This document shows positions 56,506-64,000 of a stretch of 64,000 bases of DNA, one piece after another (within the stretch, counting starts at the first letter, position 1; each line of letters begins with the position of its first letter). The translations under genes were made by a program, and so were the position numbers. The stretch covers positions 416,001 to 480,000 of the forward strand of contig JBJMOW010000004.1 in NCBI GenBank assembly GCA_045803545.1, in the 5' to 3' direction. The stretch is from Gemmatimonadaceae bacterium. GTDB lineage: Bacteria > Gemmatimonadota > Gemmatimonadetes > Gemmatimonadales > Gemmatimonadaceae. The notes under the pieces are model-generated. The model did not search any database and was not told the DNA's origin. It worked only from the letters and a program-made list of their open reading frames with translations.

Positions 56506-57712
56506 CGATTAGCTGTAGTGGAATGGAGATGATCGACAGCACGAATGAAATGAGAATCACGATTGCCACCACGGAATTGCTGACCCAGCCATTGCGATAC
56601 TTGCCGAGATAGATCGGGTCATTCATCAGGAACAGGAACGGGACGATTGCCAACGGAAGTGTCGCGCTGGTGAGCGCCATTGATAGCATCGTCACCTTGA
56701 TGGGATCGACGTGAAGCATCAGTGGAATCGCAGCGATCAGAATGATGATCGTGTACACGAAGGCGAAGCGCGCGTCTTTGGACGGATCTAGATCCTCACT
56801 CCAGTTCCAGCCGAATCCCTGGGCGAAGAAGTAGGCAATTGCCAGGGAGATCTCCAACGCCGCGCCGAAGCACGCGAAGAGCATGGAGAGAGCAAATAAG
56901 TAGAAACCCCACTTCGGAAAGACTGTCGTCATCATCAGCGCAGCCTGCGGGAAGGTGTCGACCTGGAGTCCCGCCGGACGAAGGGCCAGCGCGGCGACGA
57001 CCAGCACGGCCATCGAAAGAAACCCGCCAAACGTCATACCGAAGGTTGCAATGATGCGGTTCATGCCAATGTACGAGCGGTCCCAGTCGTCTTCGATCGC
57101 ACCCGAGGAGTAGAAGTACATCAGGTAGGGTGATATGGATGCGCCAAGAATGCTCACCGCTAGAAACCCGTATTTCGCCTTGTCGCTACCGGGCATGCTG
57201 GGCAACATGCCCGAGCCAACTTTCGACCAATCCGGGTTCAGCTTCCACGCAGCTATTGCGAATGAGATCGTGACGAGGCCGAGCAGAGATGCGCCGTTCT
57301 CGATCAAACTGAAGGTTCCCTTCCACATCAGGAGCCAAACCATCAGAGAAACGGGCAACGCCCACCACGGAAATCCAATCCCCGTCAGAATCTGCAGCGC
57401 GAAACCGATTCCGCCCAACTCGGCGACGAGAACCAGAAACGCAACGATCACGATTCCGATGAGAACGAAAAAGAAGAACGGGAAGCCGAAACGCTCACGC
57501 ATGGCGTCGACAATGGTGTGCTTGCTGACTGCCGACAGCCGTCCGGACATCTCAATCAGAAAAATCAGGCAGATAGTGCCGAGCAGAATCGCCCACAGCA
57601 GCTGGTATCCGAACGACGCGCCAGCCTGTGCCGCCGTCGTCACGGAGCCAATCTCCAGGAATCCGCCGACACTGGTGATTATGCCCAACGCGAGCTGAAG
57701 AATCTTTTTCAT
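56498..57712 (-). CDS. NRAMP-superfamily transporter, atypical
   Basis: About 11 TMs; G...T..QAGA.FGY.LLW, EM..R and LGA.I.PY. The metal motif reads EIGS rather than DPGN. Confidence 0.82.
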   Translation of the reverse strand: MKKILQLALGIITSVGGFLEIGSVTTAAQAGASFGYQLLWAILLGTICLIFLIEMSGRLSAVSKHTIVDAMRERFGFPFFFFVLIGIVIVAFLVLVAELGGIGFALQILTGIGFPWWALPVSLMVWLLMWKGTFSLIENGASLLGLVTISFAIAAWKLNPDWSKVGSGMLPSMPGSDKAKYGFLAVSILGASISPYLMYFYSSGAIEDDWDRSYIGMNRIIATFGMTFGGFLSMAVLVVAALALRPAGLQVDTFPQAALMMTTVFPKWGFYLFALSMLFACFGAALEISLAIAYFFAQGFGWNWSEDLDPSKDARFAFVYTIIILIAAIPLMLHVDPIKVTMLSMALTSATLPLAIVPFLFLMNDPIYLGKYRNGWVSNSVVAIVILISFVLSIISIPLQLIGG

Positions 57713-58122
57713 CGATCTTCTTTCGCTTCGATGCTGTCGGCGAGCTGCTTGACGGCCTTTTCGTCCGAGTGCAGCGAATCAAGGAGTGCGCGGAAGTCCG
57801 GCGAATTCTTTTGCTCGACCAGCTTCGCCATCAAGCCGATGTGTTCGGTACTGCGCGTTAGCGCGCTGTCGACTGACGCGCTGTCAATGCTGGCGGGGAG
57901 CGATTTGAAAAGACCGGTGCTGATATCGATTAGAGAAGCGTGGGAGAGCTCCAGGGTCTGCTTCGTGTATTGGTCGGGAGTGGTATGCCGGAGCCAGGCT
58001 TCACCGGTCAGGCCGGCGGTCCCGAGCCAGGAGATGATGGAGTCCATCTGCTCGGTCGCGGTCGGCGACTTGCACGCCACCGCAAAAAGGAGTGAAAGCA
58101 CCGCAAGCCGTTTGGCGGTCAT
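57709..58122 (-). CDS. Predicted lipoprotein, helical, unknown function
   Basis: MTAKR followed by a hydrophobic stretch and AVAC lipobox; ATGA overlap with the NRAMP gene. Confidence 0.7.
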   Translation of the reverse strand: MTAKRLAVLSLLFAVACKSPTATEQMDSIISWLGTAGLTGEAWLRHTTPDQYTKQTLELSHASLIDISTGLFKSLPASIDSASVDSALTRSTEHIGLMAKLVEQKNSPDFRALLDSLHSDEKAVKQLADSIEAKEDR

Positions 58123-58142
58123 ACGATTTACATTGTTGTCCT

Positions 58143-59705
58143 ATGCTGAAAACAAAACTCGCGCTGCTCCTCCTTTCACTTTTCGTGCTCAGCGGTATCG
58201 ACACCGCCTGCGGCCAATCACAAGCCGGCTCGGGGCAAGCTCTGACAGCCCCGCCGCCTGTTCGACGCGAATTCCGAGGTGTTTGGGTCGCTTCCGTACA
58301 GAACATTGACTGGCCGTCGCAGCCGGGTCTATCGACACAGGAGCAGAAGGACGAGCTGCTGGGGATTCTGGATCGCGCGGCGTCGCTGCACCTGAATGCG
58401 GTGATTCTGCAGGTCCGTCCCGCCGCGGACGCGCTGTATGCGTCGCCGTACGAGCCGTGGTCGGAATATTTGTCGGGGCGAATGGGGCAGGCGCCGAATC
58501 CGTACTACGACCCGCTCGAGTTTGCGGTAAATGAGGCGCATAAGCGTGGTCTCGAGCTGCACGCCTGGTTCAATCCATATCGCGCGCATCATCCGTCGGG
58601 GAAGTCGCGTCCGTCGGCGAATCACATCAGCGTGACCCACCCCGAACTGGTCAAGAAGTATGGCAGCATGCTGTGGATGGATCCGGGAGAGCCGGAGGTA
58701 CAGGCGCAAACTGTTCGCGTAGTTCTCGACGTCGTTCAACGCTACGACATCGATGGTGTGCACATCGACGACTACTTCTATCCGTACAAGGAGAAGGATC
58801 GTCGTGGACGACTCATCGAATTTCCGGACGCCACCAGCTATCGAAAGTATCGGCGCTCGGGTGGCGACTTATCCAAGGATGATTGGCGTCGCGCCAACGT
58901 CGATAGTCTCATCCACGAAGTTTACACGCGTATAAAATCCGCCAAGCCGTGGGTCAAGTTCGGCATCAGTCCGTTCGGGTTGTGGCGCCCCGGCTATCCG
59001 CCACAGGCTGACGGGTTTGATTCGTACGCCGAGATCTACGGCGACTCCAGAAAGTGGCTGGTGAACGGGTGGGGCGATTACTTCACACCGCAGTTGTATT
59101 GGCCCATCGATCGCGCGGGTTTGAGCTATCCGATTCTGCTACAGTGGTGGGTTTCACAAAATGCGAAGGGCCGCCACATCTGGCCGGGCAATTACCTGGA
59201 CAAAGTGAACGGAACGCCGACTGGTTGGCCGGCGACTGAACTGCTCGATCAGATTGCAGACACTCGCCAGCAACAGGGCGCGACTGGCAACGTTTATTTC
59301 TCGGTGCGCTCGTTCATGTTTCCGAGTGATGGTATCACCGACAAGCTACTATCAGGCCCATACGCTGATCGCGCACTGGTGCCGGCGTCACCGTGGATCG
59401 ACAACGTTGCGCCTGCCGCGCCAATAGTACGCGTCGGACGTGATCCAACGACGGGCGCAAGCACGGTCTCAATCGATCCACAGGGAACGGAGGCGGCGTG
59501 GCAATGGTTGATCCAGACACGCTATGCCGACACGTGGCGCGTTGACGTGTACCCTGGAACGCAACGCTTCTTCATGATCCCGCGACCGGCACGCGGAATT
59601 CCGGCTGACGAGATCGCGGTGTCAGCGGTGGATCGGGTGGGGAATGAGAGTCAGGAAGTGCTTAAGAGCCTGATTGATTCTACTGCGATTCCGATCGCAA
59701 AATAA
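58143..59705 (+). CDS. GHL10 / DUF187 (YddW-like) glycoside hydrolase, exported
   Basis: EFRGVW.A.V.NIDWPS, QVRP..DALY, AH.RG.ELHAWFNPYR, DGVH.DDYFYPY and PQLYW. Confidence 0.9.
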   Translation: MLKTKLALLLLSLFVLSGIDTACGQSQAGSGQALTAPPPVRREFRGVWVASVQNIDWPSQPGLSTQEQKDELLGILDRAASLHLNAVILQVRPAADALYASPYEPWSEYLSGRMGQAPNPYYDPLEFAVNEAHKRGLELHAWFNPYRAHHPSGKSRPSANHISVTHPELVKKYGSMLWMDPGEPEVQAQTVRVVLDVVQRYDIDGVHIDDYFYPYKEKDRRGRLIEFPDATSYRKYRRSGGDLSKDDWRRANVDSLIHEVYTRIKSAKPWVKFGISPFGLWRPGYPPQADGFDSYAEIYGDSRKWLVNGWGDYFTPQLYWPIDRAGLSYPILLQWWVSQNAKGRHIWPGNYLDKVNGTPTGWPATELLDQIADTRQQQGATGNVYFSVRSFMFPSDGITDKLLSGPYADRALVPASPWIDNVAPAAPIVRVGRDPTTGASTVSIDPQGTEAAWQWLIQTRYADTWRVDVYPGTQRFFMIPRPARGIPADEIAVSAVDRVGNESQEVLKSLIDSTAIPIAK

Positions 59706-59762
59706 ACCCGTGCTGGCGCTGGCCGAAGCGGCCAGCAGCCAGCAGCGGTTTCGTCGAAACAA

Positions 59763-60620
59763 TTACTTGACGGTTATTTCCTTCACCATCCCGTGTGCGA
59801 GATGGGCTTTGCCGTCGTTTACATCGGGCAGGAAGCAGATCAAGCCGTATTTGCCGGGAGTGAAATTCGCCGTGAAGTACTCGGTCATTCCCGGCTCCAT
59901 TCCGGCGACGCCACCAATCGCCTTCCCTGGTGGTGGGCCATCAGGCTTGCCGATCCAATCAAGGAATTCCTTCACCGTCTTGCCCGCAGCGAGGTGAATC
60001 AACTGGACTTCGTGATGCTGCTTCCCGGAGTTACGTACTCGAATCGTGCGCGTTCCGGCACGGATCGGAACTGACAGCCTGAAATTGTAGTCGTAGAGAG
60101 TCATCGTGACGCTCGCCGTCGGCGCCGGACCGACTTTCTTCGACGGTACGACTCTTAGCGGTCGCACCATTCCCTTCGCGAAATGCGGCGGGCCACCGAT
60201 GTCGACGAAGCAGATCAGCGCGTAGTTGCCGGGAGCCAGATTCAAGATGACGTTCGCTTCGTCACCGGGCGCCGGCGCGTTCGCTCCGCCATACTCCTTG
60301 ACCCACGATGGCGGCGGGCCAGGATTGGCTAGCGCTGCGCGCAGATCATCGATCGTCTTGCCTCCGTTGAGTTTCAGAATTGCGAGATGGTGTAGCGACG
60401 GTCCCTTGTTCGTGAATATGAACTCCGTCATTCCGGCCGGGATGACATCGGGCGCATCGAATTTGAAATCTTCGCCGGCCACCCGAACAACATTCGGCCT
60501 GGCAGCTGCCGCCGCGTACACGCCAATCGCTGGCTCTCTAGCCGACCTGGTGCTTGTTGCAAGGTTTGCTGCCGCAACTGAGGCCGCTACCAGACCCAGC
60601 ACGGTCATTACTGACGCCAT
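59763..60620 (-). CDS. Exported protein with two tandem cupredoxin-like domains
   Basis: N.G...H ... PG.Y.LICF...H...GM occurs twice; signal peptide; AGGAGG SD. Confidence 0.75.
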   Translation of the reverse strand: MASVMTVLGLVAASVAAANLATSTRSAREPAIGVYAAAAARPNVVRVAGEDFKFDAPDVIPAGMTEFIFTNKGPSLHHLAILKLNGGKTIDDLRAALANPGPPPSWVKEYGGANAPAPGDEANVILNLAPGNYALICFVDIGGPPHFAKGMVRPLRVVPSKKVGPAPTASVTMTLYDYNFRLSVPIRAGTRTIRVRNSGKQHHEVQLIHLAAGKTVKEFLDWIGKPDGPPPGKAIGGVAGMEPGMTEYFTANFTPGKYGLICFLPDVNDGKAHLAHGMVKEITVK

Positions 60621-60661
60621 GAAGTGCTTCCTCCTGAAAAGTCTGAACTAATAGGCGGGAG

Positions 60662-60690
60662 ATTTTGCAGCGGACCACCTGGAGTGTCAA
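60662..60690 (-). promoter_or_regulatory. Sigma70-type promoter of the cupredoxin gene
   Basis: The minus strand reads TTGACA-N17-CAAAAT. Confidence 0.55.
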
Positions 60691-60729
60691 CGCCTTCTCA
60701 CCTGCTTGGCGTCCGAAGCGGGGCGGATC

Positions 60730-61506
60730 CTACAGCGTGGAGTCTTTGCGGTAAAGCGTCGCCTGCACCGTCAATGCATCGCTGGTGGCAAACCCCAAGG
60801 CTGTGTTGTCGAAGATGCACCACGTTTCGATCTCGCGCGCAGCCCACGATTGGATATCGTTGGCGACGCTGTCCAACGCGTCGGCCGAATACGCCGAGTA
60901 GTAAATCCGCGGCGATCCATGAAGGCGTATGTAAACGAGCGCATCATGGCCGCCCGCTGTCGCTGCTGCAGGGACCCGCGCTGGATCTGCGGCAACGCGT
61001 GCAATTCGATAGTCGCGGAGCAAGGAACTCACTTCGTCGGTGAACCATGTCTCATGTCGCGGCTCCAGCACCGCGCTTCCCTGGAAACGCTGACGTAGCT
61101 GACCGAGAAAATCGACGACTACTGCGTGATCGAATGCAAAACTGGGCGGCAGTTGAATCAGAATTGGGCCACGCTTCGGGCCGAGACCCGAGGTCTCTTC
61201 AAGGAACTGCTCGAGGCGTGGCCCCGCGTCGAGCAGTCGCTGTTCGTGGGTGATCACCTTGGGCAACTTTACGGCGAAGCGGAAACGCTCCGGCACCGAA
61301 TCGGCCCAGCGCTCGTAGGTAGATCGACGATGTGGTCGATAAAAGCACGAGTTGATTTCGACGGCGTTGAAAAGCGTGGCATATCGCTGGAGATGGCTGC
61401 CAACGTTGGCGAAGCGGTGTGAATGCTCCTTTCGGATGGCCCACCCGGCTATGCCCAGGTGAACGCCGGATGGAAGCGAATCGTGTGGAATATCCGTGTG
61501 CAGCAT
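60730..61506 (-). CDS. DUF72 family protein (start uncertain)
   Basis: G.AGW, VEINS.FY, F.F.VK....ITH, QLPPS, E.RH..W, Y.RLHG and FDN. Confidence 0.88.
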   Translation of the reverse strand: MLHTDIPHDSLPSGVHLGIAGWAIRKEHSHRFANVGSHLQRYATLFNAVEINSCFYRPHRRSTYERWADSVPERFRFAVKLPKVITHEQRLLDAGPRLEQFLEETSGLGPKRGPILIQLPPSFAFDHAVVVDFLGQLRQRFQGSAVLEPRHETWFTDEVSSLLRDYRIARVAADPARVPAAATAGGHDALVYIRLHGSPRIYYSAYSADALDSVANDIQSWAAREIETWCIFDNTALGFATSDALTVQATLYRKDSTL

Positions 61507-61597
61507 CCTAGCTTTGCGTAACGCCGGAATGGCGGGCGCCGGCACAGTACGCACTCGCCGCGCCAGCACGCTGGAGCCGGCCATTAGGAGTTCCACT

Positions 61598-62908
61598 TTG
61601 CGAAGGCTCTCAAACACCTTCCACCGACTGCCGCGCCTGTTGATCGGCGCGGGCTTCGTCGCGCAATGCGTTCTCTCTCTTGGCTGCGTGCACCATCAGG
61701 CGATTGCGAGACCAACTGGTCCCATGTCGTACTGGGAAGCGCTCGCCGAGCTGCATCCCGCTGATGCCGTGATCGCCGCGCGGACAGCATCTGAAAAGGA
61801 ATTCGCCGCAGCACTGGGGAACCTGATGTCGGGCGACATCGAAACCGCGGAGCACCAACTCGCGATACTGCGAAAGACGGCCAGCGACACGATCATCAGA
61901 GCCGGCTCCAGAGTTGTCTATACGGCAACGCTTCAATACCAGGAGAAGTGGGAGGCGCTGGCCTCGTTGAAAAAAGAACAAGCTCAGAAGCCCGGACCGC
62001 ACGACCGTGCCAGCATCGAGTTGTGGGCAGATGCCTTCAGCAACGTGCCGCCGAAGAAATCCACCTTTCGCTCGGCGCAGTCGCGGGTGGGCATGTCGAT
62101 GTCCGGTGTCGGTACGCCGCTGGTACCCGTGCGAATCGCCGGGAGGGAGTATCACTTCTGGCTGGATACCGGGTCGAGTCTGACGATGCTGGCTTCCGAC
62201 GTCGCGCGGGATCTGAACATCCAACCGCTGGTGAGCGACACACTGGAGATAGTAACCAGCACTGGCAGAGTAAAAGCGCAGCCGGTCCTCATCCCGGAAC
62301 TGCAAATCGGACCGCTGGTAGTTGAAAACGCGCCGTCGATGATAGTGGACGAGACGATGATGCAAATGCGAGAGCCTGAATCGATGCTGCTGGCGAAGCA
62401 GGTGAAGATCGATGGCATCATCGGCTTCGACATCATCCGACAGCTCGATATCGAGTTTGATTACGGCGAGAGCACAATCAAACTGCGCAACCCGGCGACG
62501 TCGCGGCCGGAAGACGATCGCAACTTGTTCTGGGTCGGATTACCGGTGATCAGAATGTCGAGCGAAGATGGGATACCGTTGCACTTCGGCCTGGATACCG
62601 GCGCGCAGGTGACATTCGTTACCGAGACACTGCTCGACAAGCTTCAGGTCACTCCCGCGCGCATAGAAAGCAGACGCGTCGGCGGCCTCGGCGGTGAGAT
62701 CTCGATGCGAGCGCCCGTGATGCCCGATGTCAGGGTCCTGGTGCGCAATTTCCCGATCATTTTTCGCGGTGCGGCCGTGCGCGCTCCGGTCTATCAGGTG
62801 CTGGCTTCGCTCGATGGTGTGCTGGGCGGCGACATCTGGAACAGCGGTATCGTCCGGATCGACATGACCAACGGGGTGTTTGCCATCAAGAGGCCCCGCC
62901 CGAACTGA
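61598..62908 (+). CDS. Second two-domain retropepsin-like aspartyl protease, predicted lipoprotein
   Basis: FWLDTGSS...DGIIG and FGLDTGAQ...DGVLG; AGGAG SD before TTG 61598; lipobox SLGC. Confidence 0.82.
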   Translation: MRRLSNTFHRLPRLLIGAGFVAQCVLSLGCVHHQAIARPTGPMSYWEALAELHPADAVIAARTASEKEFAAALGNLMSGDIETAEHQLAILRKTASDTIIRAGSRVVYTATLQYQEKWEALASLKKEQAQKPGPHDRASIELWADAFSNVPPKKSTFRSAQSRVGMSMSGVGTPLVPVRIAGREYHFWLDTGSSLTMLASDVARDLNIQPLVSDTLEIVTSTGRVKAQPVLIPELQIGPLVVENAPSMIVDETMMQMREPESMLLAKQVKIDGIIGFDIIRQLDIEFDYGESTIKLRNPATSRPEDDRNLFWVGLPVIRMSSEDGIPLHFGLDTGAQVTFVTETLLDKLQVTPARIESRRVGGLGGEISMRAPVMPDVRVLVRNFPIIFRGAAVRAPVYQVLASLDGVLGGDIWNSGIVRIDMTNGVFAIKRPRPN

Positions 62909-62913
62909 CACTT

Positions 62914-62933
62914 TGTTAGGTTGTTAACTAACA
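62914..62933 (+). promoter_or_regulatory. Palindrome TGTTAG-N8-CTAACA abutting the start codon (candidate ArsR operator)
   Basis: Read directly; its last base is the A of ATG 62933. Confidence 0.55.
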
Positions 62934-64000
62934 TGACTGCTGCTACCCAACCCCGCATCGAATTCGCCGTCACGCCACGGTTCGATGTCTTCTACGCGCT
63001 GTACACGCTGACGAGCAGTGCGGCGACGCCACTGGATGCATGGAAGAGCAGAGCGGCCGATCGGCTGCCGCGTGATTTCACAAAACGCGCATCTCTCGTC
63101 GCGCCGCTGCCGATCTTCTGGCCACTGCTTGCTGACGCCGCGCAAAGCGATCCTGGGGAGATCAGCTTCACCGAGCTTCTTTCCACGATACAGGAGCTAC
63201 CTGCCAAGGATCTTCAGAGAAGCATCCTCGGCGGAATCTTCCACGACGATGAGGCTGTCCAGGCGCTCATCACCGAGCGGAGAAGTTTGAAGCAAATGGT
63301 CATCGGTGCTCCGGCATCGGTCGGCGAGCTGCTGACGGCGTTTGGTCTGAAACCGTTCGAGTCGGGTTCGAAGGCGGTGCGCGCGATCACTTCGTTGCTC
63401 GAGAGACCCGAGCCATTTCGTGACGATCTCATCAGCGTACTCGAAGCATTCTGGAATAACGGATTCCACGATGATTGGCGGACGTTGGAGCCCGACCTGC
63501 GCGAGGAGTCTTTTCGAATGACCGACATGCGAGATGAGAGCGATCCGGCTACGCTCGATGTGCAGCTGAACCTGCCGGTGACGATGGACCACGCCGGCCA
63601 GCAGCTTCGCCCAAAAAGCGGAGCGCCAATTGGCTACCAGAAAATCGAGCGCTGCTTCGTCATCCCATCAGCGTTCAACACGCGGCGGTGGTGGACGAAA
63701 TACACCTCAGCCTCGGACCGCGTGGTGCTGTACTTCCCGATCGTCCGTGATGTCAACGCTGCAAATCGAATCGGACGTGACGTCACGGCGAAGACTGCGG
63801 CTGAATCGGCGCGCCGAACCGATATCAATGCGGAGTCGATATTTCGCGCGTTGGGAGACACGACGCGCTACGCCATCGCTTCGATCCTGGCGAGAACACC
63901 AACGACGTCTGCAGAGCTCGCGCGCAGCCTCAAAGTCTCGAAGCCGACGATAACGCATCACGTCCACGCTTTGCGGTCAGCAGGGTTGATCAAAGAAACG
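62933..64000 (+). CDS. ArsR/SmtB-type regulator with a long N-terminal domain (3' truncated; absent from the ORF track)
   Basis: Open frame from ATG 62933 (MTAATQPRIEF...) to the window end, finishing IFRALGDTTRYAIASILARTPTTSAELARSLKVSKPTITHHVHALRSAGLI, a classic ArsR wHTH. Confidence 0.85.
   Translation, partial: MTAATQPRIEFAVTPRFDVFYALYTLTSSAATPLDAWKSRAADRLPRDFTKRASLVAPLPIFWPLLADAAQSDPGEISFTELLSTIQELPAKDLQRSILGGIFHDDEAVQALITERRSLKQMVIGAPASVGELLTAFGLKPFESGSKAVRAITSLLERPEPFRDDLISVLEAFWNNGFHDDWRTLEPDLREESFRMTDMRDESDPATLDVQLNLPVTMDHAGQQLRPKSGAPIGYQKIERCFVIPSAFNTRRWWTKYTSASDRVVLYFPIVRDVNAANRIGRDVTAKTAAESARRTDINAESIFRALGDTTRYAIASILARTPTTSAELARSLKVSKPTITHHVHALRSAGLIKET

Noticed and set aside
59711..59743. 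GC hairpin between convergent GHL10 and cupredoxin genes as an intrinsic terminator
   Set aside because: The stem is present, but neither strand has a convincing adjacent U-tract, so I left it uncalled.

Overview
This is a GC-rich, gene-dense bacterial chromosome segment. The gene repertoire and style suggest Gemmatimonadota, but that is inference only. All family calls come from recognising motifs by eye; no database searches were run. The window holds about 55 CDSs and one tRNA-Cys(GCA). I saw no rRNA, CRISPR array, integrase or transposase. Main blocks: (1) M1 peptidase end, desaturase, yggX, GH3 lipoprotein and NrtR; (2) the Ku-LigD NHEJ pair, a cold-shock protein and an S41 protease; (3) an orphan plasmid-type replication-initiator homologue head-to-head with cls and lhr; (4) a stand-alone acidic/AT-hook/basic disordered protein; (5) a zinc-ribbon-mqnD-GAF/PAS kinase-HD-GYP operon; (6) divergent GSIII and GSI, followed by a ~230-nt fold-back element with heptamer repeats; (7) after tRNA-Cys, a BlaI/M56 pair whose ACTA-N6-TAGT operator architecture recurs upstream of a DUF5916 gene, then a two-DTG aspartyl protease, amino-acid catabolic genes and a DUF969/979/2891-symporter operon; (8) a lipoprotein-atypical NRAMP-PRC-barrel operon, GHL10, a tandem cupredoxin, DUF72, a second two-DTG protease, and an ArsR-type regulator that runs off the end and is missing from the ORF track. 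The best candidates for an undescribed system are the BlaI/M56-DUF5916-protease regulon, the HMGA-like AT-hook protein and the chromosomal Rep homologue.
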